Assembly: GCA_023271875.1 (NCBI GenBank)
Contig: JALPWY010000004.1
Location: 6,074 to 70,073, forward strand
Source of the DNA: Nitrospinaceae bacterium
Lineage (GTDB): Bacteria > Nitrospinota > Nitrospinia > Nitrospinales > VA-1
Reading direction: 5' to 3'
Length of the DNA: 64,000 bases
Shown: positions 9,241-19,683 of the stretch, piece by piece
How positions within the stretch are numbered: the first letter of the stretch is position 1
Layout of the letters: each line of letters starts with the position of its first letter
The notes under the pieces: model-generated
Told to the model about the DNA's origin: nothing
The model's database searches: none
The model's input: the letters and a program-made list of their open reading frames with translations, nothing else
Translations under genes and position numbers: made by a program

Positions 9241-10221
9241 TTATTTTCCCGGGTGAAATTCAGTACCCCAACCTAGAGCAAGCCCGAAACAGACCCAGAG
9301 AAGTTCCTTGATTCGTCTTACGAATGAGACCGTTATCCCCAAGGCTCCCGACATTCCCAGAGCTGTAAATATCAGAAGTAACCCCCCTTCTTGAGCGCCA
9401 ATGCTTAGAGGAATGAAAAAGCTCGCATTGCGAATTAATTGAGCCATAGCCTCGATGAGCCACAAGTCTGCTAGGCTTAGATTATAACCAAGAAAATATA
9501 ATGTTACGTATAGTTCTGCTAGCCCAATTACCCAACCGACAAATGCGTATGATACGGAGATTGTAGCTCGCATAATATCATGCTTATAGTAAGAAGAAAT
9601 ACCTTGATCTAATAATTCGAGCTTGCCCAAAAACACACCCATTTTTTTTCCAAGAGGAAGCTTGGAAGCCCACCTCGCTAATTTACCTAAAGTTCCTGTG
9701 ACTTGAAAAATAAGAAAAAAAAGTATTAGTATAGAGAGGATTGACATCGCTAGAAGACAGGCCATCTTTATTTTTTCGGAGATTATTTCGGATTGCATTG
9801 TGAAAAAGATGCCCGGAATAAAGAATAAAATGAGGGCGATGAGAAATGTGGTACGCGCTATCACCTGGGAGGCCATCCCCTGTTTCAGAGAGAGCCCATG
9901 TCTTTCTTTTAGAAGTTGGGCCTTAATGGGTTCTCCCCCTAGAGTTCCTAATGGTGTGATGGTATTGTAGGCTTCGCCAATTTGCCGGATGCACCATAAA
10001 CTCCACAAACTAAACTGCCTGGTTTCTTCTTGTTTAAAATTATTTTTCCATGCAATGGTGTCAACCCAAGTGACACTGCTATAAAGGATTAGAATTATTA
10101 TAAAACCATAACCCAACTTGATGAGAAGATCACCAACGGCCAACAAGTCAACGGTTGACACAGCCCAGCCAAGTAATGAACAACCAATTAATAAAAATAT
10201 AAGCTTTAAAGGTTTTGTCAT
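9241..10221 (-). CDS. flippase-like / lysyl-phosphatidylglycerol-synthase TM-region family (UPF0104) membrane protein
   Basis: 326 aa with about 8 predicted TM helices. Size and hydropathy layout are typical of the UPF0104/TIGR00374 family. The assignment is by recollection, not by search. Confidence 0.5.
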   Translation of the reverse strand: MTKPLKLIFLLIGCSLLGWAVSTVDLLAVGDLLIKLGYGFIIILILYSSVTWVDTIAWKNNFKQEETRQFSLWSLWCIRQIGEAYNTITPLGTLGGEPIKAQLLKERHGLSLKQGMASQVIARTTFLIALILFFIPGIFFTMQSEIISEKIKMACLLAMSILSILILFFLIFQVTGTLGKLARWASKLPLGKKMGVFLGKLELLDQGISSYYKHDIMRATISVSYAFVGWVIGLAELYVTLYFLGYNLSLADLWLIEAMAQLIRNASFFIPLSIGAQEGGLLLIFTALGMSGALGITVSFVRRIKELLWVCFGLALGWGTEFHPGK

Positions 10222-10344
10222 TGAGCAAGGAGTTTTAAGGCTGACTTCAGGTAGGTTTGGAAAATAACAGGCTAAAGTTAAAAGACCATAACATAGGTAC
10301 CCAATGTTAGAGCATAAGCGAGGAGGAAATCATTTTCTGGTGCG

Positions 10345-11535
10345 CTACCTATCGCATTCGCCGCCGATCATATTGAGCATATCAAAAGTGGGGACTATGT
10401 CGGCTAGCATGCCTCCCTTGCAAAGCTCTGGGAGCGCTCCAGTCATAGTAAAACATGGTGGCCTGACTCGGCATTTCCAAGGTTTTCCTGACCCATCACT
10501 AACAATATAAAAGCCGAGTTCTCCATTCGCAGCCTCCGTAGCATAGTACACTTCTCCTACAGGTGGTTTGACACCGTCGATAACAACTTTAAAGTGGGCG
10601 ATCATTTCCTCCATTTGCGAATAAACATCCTGCTTGGATGGAATTCGAAGGTAAGGGTTGTCTATATTGATAGGGCCTTCCGGCATATCCTTCATTGCTT
10701 GTTTGATGATTTTTAGACTTTGTTTGATTTCCTCCATTCGAACCAGGTAGCGGTCGAAGTTGTCACCAGTTGTTCCCAATGGAATGTCAAAGTCTAAACG
10801 GTCATATACTAAGTAGGGTTGTTTTTTTCTTATGTCGTAATCGATACCACAAGCCCTGAGGCAGGGACCAGTAAATCCCCAAGAGATAGCTTCTTCTTTG
10901 GAAATGGCGCCTGTATCACGCATGCGGTCTAGAAAGATACGGTTTTTTGTGAGCAATTTGTCTACATCGTCGAACAACTTATCAAGTTTTGGGTAGGTAG
11001 CCTCTAGGTCATCGTTGAATCCAGATGGTAGGTCACACATTAAACCACCGACGCGGATATAATTAGATGTTAGTCTGGCTCCGCAGACTTTTTCCAAAAG
11101 ATCCCATACAAGTTCCCGTGCTTCTACAAAATAGATGAAAGCAGTAAGAGCTCCGAGCTCCAAAGCAGCGGCTGCAATATTCGTATAGTGATCTGAAATG
11201 CGGGCAAGTTCATTTGTCACCACGCGGATGTATTTACAACGTTCTGTAACTTCTAGGTCACACAATTTTTCGACGGCCAAAGCGTAGCCAATATTATTCA
11301 TAATTGCCGAGCAGTAATTCAAACGGTCGGTATAGGGAAAAACGTTAGAATAGCTGACACTCTCACACATTTTTTCAAATCCGCGATGCAGATAGCCGAC
11401 CTCCACTGTCATGTCGACCACGGTCTCTCCATCAAGGGTTAAGAGAAATTTTACTGTGCCGTGGGTCGCCGGATGGGATGGTCCCATATTCAGGACCATG
11501 TGATCAGTATGTAAATTTTCTTTTAAGTCAGACAC
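10345..11535 (-). CDS. nuoD: NADH-quinone oxidoreductase subunit D
   Basis: 396 aa with LNMGPSHPATHGTVKFLLTLDGE..VGYLHRGFEKMCE and the C-terminal MLNMIGGECDR, both typical of NuoD/49-kDa subunits. Confidence 0.92.
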   Translation of the reverse strand: MSDLKENLHTDHMVLNMGPSHPATHGTVKFLLTLDGETVVDMTVEVGYLHRGFEKMCESVSYSNVFPYTDRLNYCSAIMNNIGYALAVEKLCDLEVTERCKYIRVVTNELARISDHYTNIAAAALELGALTAFIYFVEARELVWDLLEKVCGARLTSNYIRVGGLMCDLPSGFNDDLEATYPKLDKLFDDVDKLLTKNRIFLDRMRDTGAISKEEAISWGFTGPCLRACGIDYDIRKKQPYLVYDRLDFDIPLGTTGDNFDRYLVRMEEIKQSLKIIKQAMKDMPEGPINIDNPYLRIPSKQDVYSQMEEMIAHFKVVIDGVKPPVGEVYYATEAANGELGFYIVSDGSGKPWKCRVRPPCFTMTGALPELCKGGMLADIVPTFDMLNMIGGECDR

Positions 11536-11581
11536 AGTATCGTGCTAGTAGTAATAAAATTTTTAACAGACCTTTATCAAA

Positions 11582-14215
11582 TCAACTTGCCTTTGATATC
11601 TTAATTGAAACAGGTCCTTCTTCGCCATTTCTAAGCATATTGACTGGTATCTCTACCCAGTTTTTAGGGAGATATACCATGCCTTTGACTGTAACGGTGT
11701 TCGCTACCATAGGAACTTCCATTTTATGGGTGCTCGATTCAATCACAATTCGGTCGCCATCATTAACACCCAAGGCTTCTGCATCTTCAGGGTGCAGTTC
11801 TGCGACGCACTCTGGGCCGATGTCTGTTAATGCTTTGGCGTATTGGGTATAACTTCCAATGTGAAACATATGGTTGTTGGAAACTAGTTGAAATGGAAAA
11901 TCTTTCTTTCGCTGCGTTAATTGTGGCGTACCTGAAATCTGGAAACAAGGGGCATGCTTAAATCCTTCCGGACTCCATTGTCTGGATTTTGTTCCAGGAA
12001 GTGTTCCCTTGTAGATCGGAACTGTTTTTAAAATTTCCTCTTGAACCTCAGAAACTGAAGAACTCTTAAGTTTTTTTCCAAATACTTCTGCCAATTGAAC
12101 AAAAATATCGTGGTCTGTACGTGATTGGTATTGCGGCGGTGTTGCCGGAATTACTTTTTGCACATGACGGGTCATGTTGGTAAATGAGCCTTCTTTTTCC
12201 ACAGATGTTGTTGTGGGGAGAATTATATCGGCTAGCTTTGCAGTTTCGGTCATATAGACGTCTTGTACTACAAGAAATGGAACTATTTGCAGAGCATTTT
12301 TGATTTCGGCCCCTTTATAGTAAGAGTGCACCGGGTCTTCGCCAGCAATGTGTAAAAACTTAATAGCTCCCTCAGCGCAGTTTCTAACCAGATCATTAGC
12401 AGGATTGTCACTATCAAAATTTGGGGAGTCAATATCCCACTCGTCTGCTAGTGAGGATAAAGCGCTGGAGTCTGTGACTGAACGGTAACCAGGGAGAAAT
12501 TCTGGAGTGCAACCCATGTCATTAACTCCCTGAGAGTTGCAGTGTTCCCTTGGGGGGAAGATGCTGATACTACCTTCCGCGCCATGGTGTACAAGGATAG
12601 ATAAATTAAGAAGAGCATTTAAAATATCCTCACCTTGTCCAGTGTCGAATATATCATTTCCAATGAGAAGGTACCTGTCAGCTGTTCGCCCAAACCTATT
12701 TGCAGCACGTGTCAGCACTTCATCTGAAATCCCAGTAATTTTTTGCGTAGTTTCTGATGTGTATGAGGCTAAGGACTGCGCTATTTCGTCATAATTTGGA
12801 ACAGCAGACTTGATTTTTTTTATATCGACTATGCCTTGGTCAATCAAGATACGAGAAATTCGGTTTACCACAGTTGCATCGGACCCTAAAGTATAATTAA
12901 GGCGAATGTCTATGTTGGCTTCATTTTTCAAAATAACTTTACGTGGATTCGCAACAATAATATCGGTGCCAGTAAATATCGCTCCTTTACGAGCCGAATT
13001 ACCGCCAACAGGATATTCTGATGGTAGATCGGAGTTGAACACAAAGATCACATCAGATTTATCCATTTCTGTCACTGGCTTTGAGTTGATGCTATTTTCA
13101 AAGCATTGGACCATGAACTGATTGACATAAGGTGCTCTCATATGAGCCAGGTTGGTGATCTGATTGGAGCCGTATATGCCGCGAAACAACTTCTGAAAAA
13201 GGTAGCTTTCTTCGTTGGTTAGCTTTTCCCCGCCTATACCAGCGACAGTCTCAGGGCCACTTCGATTAATCGTTGCCTGAACACGCTCGACAATAGTTTT
13301 AATTGCCTCGTCCCAACTTACTTCCTTGAAAGTTCCACCAACGTTTATAAGGGGGGATTGAATGCGGTTTTCATTGTGGATAATGCCATGTCCAAAGCGT
13401 CCCTTGGCGCAAAGATTTCCTTCGTTGATTCCCAAGTCATTCGTTTCGTCACCAACAAACCGAGCTACTCTATTCTTTTTTGTTTCCACTTGAATTGTGC
13501 AGCCCCAAGAGCAGTAACCACAAGTGCTGTGGTTTGTTCCAAACAGCGCGGCCAACCCACGCTCCTGTGATGACATGTCCATTAGTGCTCCGGTAGGGCA
13601 TACGGTAATGCATTGCCCACAGAACTCACAGTCCAAGGGTTCTTGGTTTGCTGTGCCGATCGTTGTTTTCATGCCTCTTTCGTGGAAGTCCAGCGCCTGA
13701 ACACCCTGGATCTCATCGCAAGCACGCACGCATAAACCACACATAATACAACGGTTTAGATAAAACTCTATGAGTGGGTTTGATTTGTCACTTGGTTCGT
13801 TGCGGCGTTGAATTTCAAATCGCCCATTGGCTAATTGCAAAGCCTCTGTGTTGTCCTGAAGTGGGCATACACCGGATTTGTCGCAAATGGGACAATCCAA
13901 CGGGTGCTCAACTAGAAGCATTTCTAGACAGGCACCGTTGTAGCGGTCAGTTTCCTCAGTAGAAGTAAAAATTTCTATGCCCTCTGCTACAGGTTGAGTG
14001 CAGGAGTAAACGAGTTCTTTTTTTCCTTCAGGAGTGCGTATGTCTACCATGCAAGTGCGGCAGGCAGCGAAAGGTTTGAGCTTCCGGTTATAGCAGAGAT
14101 TTGTGATTTCAACACCGTGCTGTTTGGCAACTTCGATGATTACAGTGCCTTCGGTTGCAGAAGCCTCTTTACCATTTATTTTGAAGTGGACCGTTTTCTT
14201 GACGACCGTACTCAT
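11582..14215 (-). CDS. nuoG: NuoG-like molybdopterin-oxidoreductase-family Fe-S subunit (75-kDa subunit / formate-dehydrogenase-alpha-like architecture)
   Basis: 877 aa. It has an N-terminal 2Fe-2S ferredoxin fold (NLCYNRKLKPFAACRTCMV) and the HPLDCPICDKSGVCPLQ cluster. Two 4Fe-4S motifs follow (CIMCGLCVRAC and CEFCGQCITVCP). Then comes a molybdopterin domain (CGYCSWGC, NLCAKGRFG) and a C-terminal MopB-binding barrel. Confidence 0.85.
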   Translation of the reverse strand: MSTVVKKTVHFKINGKEASATEGTVIIEVAKQHGVEITNLCYNRKLKPFAACRTCMVDIRTPEGKKELVYSCTQPVAEGIEIFTSTEETDRYNGACLEMLLVEHPLDCPICDKSGVCPLQDNTEALQLANGRFEIQRRNEPSDKSNPLIEFYLNRCIMCGLCVRACDEIQGVQALDFHERGMKTTIGTANQEPLDCEFCGQCITVCPTGALMDMSSQERGLAALFGTNHSTCGYCSWGCTIQVETKKNRVARFVGDETNDLGINEGNLCAKGRFGHGIIHNENRIQSPLINVGGTFKEVSWDEAIKTIVERVQATINRSGPETVAGIGGEKLTNEESYLFQKLFRGIYGSNQITNLAHMRAPYVNQFMVQCFENSINSKPVTEMDKSDVIFVFNSDLPSEYPVGGNSARKGAIFTGTDIIVANPRKVILKNEANIDIRLNYTLGSDATVVNRISRILIDQGIVDIKKIKSAVPNYDEIAQSLASYTSETTQKITGISDEVLTRAANRFGRTADRYLLIGNDIFDTGQGEDILNALLNLSILVHHGAEGSISIFPPREHCNSQGVNDMGCTPEFLPGYRSVTDSSALSSLADEWDIDSPNFDSDNPANDLVRNCAEGAIKFLHIAGEDPVHSYYKGAEIKNALQIVPFLVVQDVYMTETAKLADIILPTTTSVEKEGSFTNMTRHVQKVIPATPPQYQSRTDHDIFVQLAEVFGKKLKSSSVSEVQEEILKTVPIYKGTLPGTKSRQWSPEGFKHAPCFQISGTPQLTQRKKDFPFQLVSNNHMFHIGSYTQYAKALTDIGPECVAELHPEDAEALGVNDGDRIVIESSTHKMEVPMVANTVTVKGMVYLPKNWVEIPVNMLRNGEEGPVSIKISKAS

Positions 14216-14817
14216 TCGCTTGCAGCCTCCTCGGCCTGTTGTTCAGGTTCATCTTCCAACTTGTACGCGCTAAGCAATTCAATAGATTTTTCTGGGTCAA
14301 TGGTTCCGTAAGTATCCTCGCCCACGAGGGCCATCGGCGCAGCACCACAGTTTCCAAGGCAAGAAGCGGTCTGTAAAGTGAATAGCTTGGTTTCGTCAGT
14401 ATCACCTGGATGTATGTGATAAGTCTCATGGATTCTATTTGCAATGATATTAGCGCCTTTGACGAAACAAGCGGTTCCATAGCACAGCTTGATTATATAT
14501 TTTCCAGGTTCAGTAATGAGTAACCCCGGATAAAAAGAGATCACTCCAAATATTTCGGCTCGAGTCAGCTCTAATGCTTCCATTAGAAGGAGGAGCGCCT
14601 TGTCGGGGAGGTATCGATACACTCCCTGAATCTTCTGCAACATAGGGATCAGGTAGCGTCGATTTCGGCTTGGAAAGCTATCCAGCATCTCATGCACCGG
14701 TGCTAAATCAATTTCTTCTTCCTCGGTAGCATCTTGATCGTCCACTTCTGTTTCTTTAGCTTCCATAATCAGAGATACCTCTTTGCTCATAAAGAAGCTT
14801 CCAAACTTCTTTAACAC
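14212..14817 (-). CDS. nuoE: NADH-quinone oxidoreductase subunit E (24-kDa, 2Fe-2S)
   Basis: 201 aa with LIPMLQKIQ, ISFYP, CYGTACFVKG and CLGNCGAAP. Its stop overlaps the nuoG-like start (ATGA at 14212-14215). The track start is GTG; ATG at 14790 is an alternative. Confidence 0.88.
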   Translation of the reverse strand: MLKKFGSFFMSKEVSLIMEAKETEVDDQDATEEEEIDLAPVHEMLDSFPSRNRRYLIPMLQKIQGVYRYLPDKALLLLMEALELTRAEIFGVISFYPGLLITEPGKYIIKLCYGTACFVKGANIIANRIHETYHIHPGDTDETKLFTLQTASCLGNCGAAPMALVGEDTYGTIDPEKSIELLSAYKLEDEPEQQAEEAASE

Positions 14818-15189
14818 TAAGGGAGGTGAACCTAAAAATTCTTAAATCTTATAACTATCTAAATTTTAAACCCTCGGCGTCGCTTTGGGAGTGATTAAAG
14901 GTGGAAGTATATAAGCTCGATTGTTTTAGTGTCAACAGATTTGTTTGTGATCAGCAGTTCCCTCGAACTATTTATATAACTAATTGTAAAATAAGACTGC
15001 AGCAGCCATTTCTTTTAAGGTTTTATAGGGAGATAAGGACTTGAATAAATAGAGGGAAGCGTTTGGAAATAATATCGAACTAACATCTTGGGGAGGTTAC
15101 TTTGAGTGCGTCTAATTCATCATCAAGGGGTTGAAAATTTTTTGTATTGTTTCGTAAAGCAATTTTATGCAGTTGGATCGGCTTATTTA

Positions 15190-17487
15190 TTAGGGAGTGA
15201 CAATGATTTCAGATTTATCGTGTAATATGGAAGTTGCGGTCAAGGTTTGATTCGGTCTTTTTGCTGTAATCTCCTGTAGGTGGTTCCTCATTGTGTTTAA
15301 TCGGGTTCCTGCCTCGAAATGATTTGGGTCGATTAGAAGTGTTTCTTCCAGTGCGACCACGGCCTCTTCATAGCGCTTTAATTCGCCATAAACCCACCCT
15401 AGGCTATAGTAAGCAGCTGCGTTTTTTGGGTTAAGACGAATGGCTTTTTTGAGAGAAACCAATGCCTCAATGTATTTTTCTGACTCCATGAGAGCCCAGC
15501 CGAGATTATAAAAAATATCTGGATTGTCAGGATCTAACTGTTCGGCTTTTCGGTACTCACTTACTGCATCCGGATAGCGATCCACAATTTCATACACTAA
15601 ACCTAAATTATAGTGAGCTTTAAGGTTATCAGGTTCCCTTTTAACAGCTTCTTCAAGGTATCTAATAGCTTGTGAGTGATTACCAATCTTTGTATACAGT
15701 GATCCGAGATTAACATAGGGGCGTACTAAGTCAGGATCAAACTGAATTGCCTTTTTAAAAAAACTAGCAGCCTCAGTATATTTTTTTAATTTCAAAAAAC
15801 CTATACCGAGTTGGTTTTGGACTTTAGGATAGTCTGGGTTGTCGGATTTCGTTTTATTTAGTAGAACAGATGCATCTTCAAACCGACCCACTTTCATAAG
15901 GCTTAATCCGAGTGGGAAATGGGCTTTCGTATTGCTGGGATTCAAATCCAGTGCTTTTCTAAGGTGAATTATGCTTGGATCGTATTGCTTTAGTTTGGAG
16001 TGAGCTAAGCCTAGCACTAAGTAGGCATCGGAGTGCAGGTTGTTAATTCGTATAACCTGCTCTAATGGTTCTATAGCCTTTTGATATTGGTTGAGGTGGC
16101 TGTAGGCATTTCCTAGCTCGTAATAGGCTTTCGAAAAGTCTGGTTTTAGGTTGGTAGCTTTTTTTAGTGGGTCGATGGCTTTTTTGAACCGCTTTAGGTA
16201 AGCGAGTATGGAGCCCATTTGGAAGTAGGCTTCTGGAAACCTTGAATCAGACTCAATGGCCTTTTCAAACTTTTCCAATGCGTCCTCATGCCGGTCCATC
16301 TTTATGTAGCTCAAACCAAGTTGGTAGTTAGACAATGTATGGTCTGAGTCAATCATTAAGGCTTCTTCAAAGGATTTTGCTGCGGCCTTGTCATCTCCAA
16401 GGCGCTGATATATGTCACCCTTTCTATAGTGTCCTTCCAGGTTTCTGGGTTGAATGTTGGTAACCTTGTCAAATTCTCTGAGAGATTGTTCCAAATCACC
16501 TGTTTCATCGTATACTTGGCTCAATTGAAAATGGGCGTCAATATGATCAGGTTTTAAACGAATAGCATCTTTGAATCTCTGTATGGCATCGTCGTAAAGA
16601 TCAGTCACGAAATATTCAGATGCGAGCAAAAAATAGGCCTCTGGATCTTTGAAGCGGATGCGAATCAACTCTAAAAAAGCATCAATTGCTTCTTCGTGCT
16701 GCCCTAGATTTTTATAGGCGATTCCTAGATTAAGGTATGCCACACTATCATCTGGATTTATTTTGAGAGCATTTTTTAAAGGTTCGATTGCCTGTTTTTC
16801 GCGACCAGATTCAGTGTACGCAACACCGATGGCAGTGAAGGCTTCAAAAAAACCTGGATTGAGCTCAATTGCCTCCTGGTAAGCTCCTATTGCCAAATCA
16901 TAGTCTCTGTTCTTCAAATAAGCATTGCCAAGCTCTATATAGGCTTCTGGATAAGTTGGGATGAGGCGTAAAGTTTCCTTGAATTCGTCAATTGCCTTTT
17001 GAAAGCTCTCATAAGCTGCGTATGTTTGGCCTAATGTGAAGTGTGCTGCGCCAAGATCAGGTTTTAGATTGATGGCATCAAGTAGAGGTTCGATCGCATC
17101 TCCAAACCGTTCCAGGTGATATAAAGACCACCCCAAACCGTACTGAGCTTCTGCGTAGTTTGCATCCAGATCAACAGCTTTTTGATAGGCTTCTAAGGCT
17201 TTATCATATTGACGCATTTCACCATAACTTCCGCCTAACCCCTGGTATGCTGCAGAATAGATAGGTTCCCACCGGATTGCTTCCTTATATCCAGCTATAG
17301 CGTTCTCATACAGACCCAACTTTTGGTAGGCTCTTGCCAGTTCCAAGTGGGCTAAGAAGTCTTTTGGGTTTTTTTCAATAGCTTTTTTATAGGTATCAAT
17401 TTGCGTGACACCTGCCTCTACCAAAGGCAACAGACCGAATGACCAGAAAAACACTATAAAAACCAAAAACTGTTTGAACCTCATCAT
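15190..17487 (-). CDS. exported tetratricopeptide (TPR) repeat protein
   Basis: 765 aa with a signal peptide (MMRFKQFLVFIVFFWSFGLLPLVEA), followed by about 20 uninterrupted 34-aa TPR units (A.Y.LG..Y...G.Y..AI..Y..Al.l.P). Confidence 0.9.
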   Translation of the reverse strand: MMRFKQFLVFIVFFWSFGLLPLVEAGVTQIDTYKKAIEKNPKDFLAHLELARAYQKLGLYENAIAGYKEAIRWEPIYSAAYQGLGGSYGEMRQYDKALEAYQKAVDLDANYAEAQYGLGWSLYHLERFGDAIEPLLDAINLKPDLGAAHFTLGQTYAAYESFQKAIDEFKETLRLIPTYPEAYIELGNAYLKNRDYDLAIGAYQEAIELNPGFFEAFTAIGVAYTESGREKQAIEPLKNALKINPDDSVAYLNLGIAYKNLGQHEEAIDAFLELIRIRFKDPEAYFLLASEYFVTDLYDDAIQRFKDAIRLKPDHIDAHFQLSQVYDETGDLEQSLREFDKVTNIQPRNLEGHYRKGDIYQRLGDDKAAAKSFEEALMIDSDHTLSNYQLGLSYIKMDRHEDALEKFEKAIESDSRFPEAYFQMGSILAYLKRFKKAIDPLKKATNLKPDFSKAYYELGNAYSHLNQYQKAIEPLEQVIRINNLHSDAYLVLGLAHSKLKQYDPSIIHLRKALDLNPSNTKAHFPLGLSLMKVGRFEDASVLLNKTKSDNPDYPKVQNQLGIGFLKLKKYTEAASFFKKAIQFDPDLVRPYVNLGSLYTKIGNHSQAIRYLEEAVKREPDNLKAHYNLGLVYEIVDRYPDAVSEYRKAEQLDPDNPDIFYNLGWALMESEKYIEALVSLKKAIRLNPKNAAAYYSLGWVYGELKRYEEAVVALEETLLIDPNHFEAGTRLNTMRNHLQEITAKRPNQTLTATSILHDKSEIIVTP

Positions 17488-17505
17488 ATAAAATTCTCCC
17501 TAAAA

Positions 17506-18741
17506 CTAGCCAAATCGAGAACTGGCATCTTCAGGGTATGCCTCCAATTTATGAATTGTGAGATCAGACCCCTTCATTTCCTCATCGGCTTCTAATCGAA
17601 TTCCAAATAGAGAATCTAGTATTTTATATACGATAAATCCTGAGACGAGAGCTATAACAATGGCAGCAACCGTTCCAATTGTCTGACCTAGAATACTGAC
17701 CCCGCCCATACCGCCTAAGGATTCTTGCCCAAAAATACCGCACGCAATTCCACCCCACGAACCAGAAATTCCGTGAAGTGGCCATACTCCAAGGACATCA
17801 TCTATTTTTAGCTTTTCCTGCTCCCAGGTAAAACCTTTAACAAATATAGCACCAGCGAGTCCCCCGATGATGAGTGCACCCAATGGATGAACTTTATCTG
17901 ATCCAGCACAAATGGCTACTAATCCGGCCAAGGCTCCATTGTGAATAAAACCGGGGTCATTTTTGGAAACCCACAATGCAACGAGAACGCCCCCGATCAT
18001 CGCCATGAGTGAGTTAACAGCAACCAACCCTGAAATACCACTCATCGTGGCGGCCGACATTACGTTGAATCCGAACCAGCCCACACAAAGCATCCAGCTT
18101 CCAAGTGCCAGAAAAGGAACATTACTGATAGGGATGGGTCGACTTCTTCCCTGCGAGTCCCAGCGCCCTAATCTAGGGCCAAGAATATATACACCGGCGA
18201 GAGCGATCCAACCTCCCATCGAGTGTACGACTACTGAACCTGCATAGTCATGGAAGGGTATCCCACCGGTTATTCCAGCAAGCCAGGAATCATCCTGTCC
18301 CAGAAAAGTAATTTGTCCCCATACCATGCCTTCTAAAAGGGGATATACGATTGCCACGAAAATAGCGGCGGCCAATGCCTGGGTCGAGAGTTTAGCGCGT
18401 TCTGCAATTCCCCCTGAAATGATTGCCGGGACCGCGGCAGCAAAAGTCAGTAAAAAGAAAAAATGGACTAATTCATAGCCTTGGTTATCTCCTACAAGCA
18501 TTTTTGCGGGCTGGAAAAAGTACATTCCATAGGCAATGGCATAGCCGACCAAAAAGTAGACAATGGTAGAAATAGAAAAGTTCACCAGGGTTTTAACCAA
18601 TGCGTTTACCTGGTTTTTCTTGCGGACGGTCCCTACTTCAAGAAATGCGAATCCACCATGCATGGCGAAAACCATAACTGCTCCTAGCATCATAAAAAGA
18701 ACGTCCCCACTACTTGTCAACATAACAATGTCTTGCTCCAT
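17506..18741 (-). CDS. amt: ammonium transporter (Amt family)
   Basis: 411 aa and polytopic, with FAMHGGFAFLEVG, YAGSVVVHSMGGWIALAG and WPLHGISGSWGGIA, all typical Amt/MEP signatures. Confidence 0.95.
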   Translation of the reverse strand: MEQDIVMLTSSGDVLFMMLGAVMVFAMHGGFAFLEVGTVRKKNQVNALVKTLVNFSISTIVYFLVGYAIAYGMYFFQPAKMLVGDNQGYELVHFFFLLTFAAAVPAIISGGIAERAKLSTQALAAAIFVAIVYPLLEGMVWGQITFLGQDDSWLAGITGGIPFHDYAGSVVVHSMGGWIALAGVYILGPRLGRWDSQGRSRPIPISNVPFLALGSWMLCVGWFGFNVMSAATMSGISGLVAVNSLMAMIGGVLVALWVSKNDPGFIHNGALAGLVAICAGSDKVHPLGALIIGGLAGAIFVKGFTWEQEKLKIDDVLGVWPLHGISGSWGGIACGIFGQESLGGMGGVSILGQTIGTVAAIVIALVSGFIVYKILDSLFGIRLEADEEMKGSDLTIHKLEAYPEDASSRFG

Positions 18742-18990
18742 GGCTTCTCCCTGTATGAACTGCGGATGAATAGTACTCTTTGTGAGTGGAATAAAATTTT
18801 TTTAAACGATAAAAATTCCTGGCCATGGAGATACCAATGCCTTATAGAGAAGGGGTATCTTTTGCCTCATCGCTATTTTCACCTTAATCACTAAAGAGAA
18901 AATTTGATAATTGAACACTTATGCACCAAAAAATTTATTGACATGGTCTTGTAAAATGAGATGGTCGAGAAAAAAATTCTCGGATGATTG

Positions 18991-19374
<384 letters not shown>

Positions 19375-19383
19375 TTAAATCAC

Positions 19384-19400
19384 ATCAAGAATCATGCCAA
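19384..19400 (-). promoter_or_regulatory. candidate sigma-54 (-24/-12) promoter upstream of glnK
   Basis: The reverse strand reads TTGGCATGATTCTTGAT against the consensus TGGCAC-N5-TTGC. The spacing is exact and there are two mismatches. It lies about 54 nt upstream of the glnK ATG. Confidence 0.25.
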
Positions 19401-19555
19401 GTTAATATCTTCGGCATGCATTATCAGATCATCTTAGCTTATCAGTACTTACAGGATGAGAAATAAATTTCTGTTCATTTGGAAATATTTTTAAAAATTC
19501 TTTTTGCATTAATTTCGGTCACCGAATCAAACGGTTGCTTAATTTTTAATCATTA

Positions 19556-19668
19556 TGTTAGATAGGGAGAGGTTAGTCCTGCCAGAGGATGATTGCCATC
19601 GATGCGCGGATATTGCGATCCCTCACTTCAATCACGGTGTAAGGGTTTATGCCGTCATCGAGTTCCAA
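19556..19668 (-). pseudogene. FKBP-type PPIase (SlyD-like) C-terminal fragment, frameshifted
   Basis: The reverse strand translates as LELDDGINPYTVIEVRDRNI and, in a second frame, IDGNHPLAGLTSP. This parallels the intact SlyD at 24180..24662 (ELSDGKKHPFNVVEIKEDKVHVDGNHPLAGQTL). The DNA also aligns (GGATGATTGCCATCGA occurs in both). Confidence 0.4.
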
Positions 19669-19683
19669 AGTAGACGAGATAAA

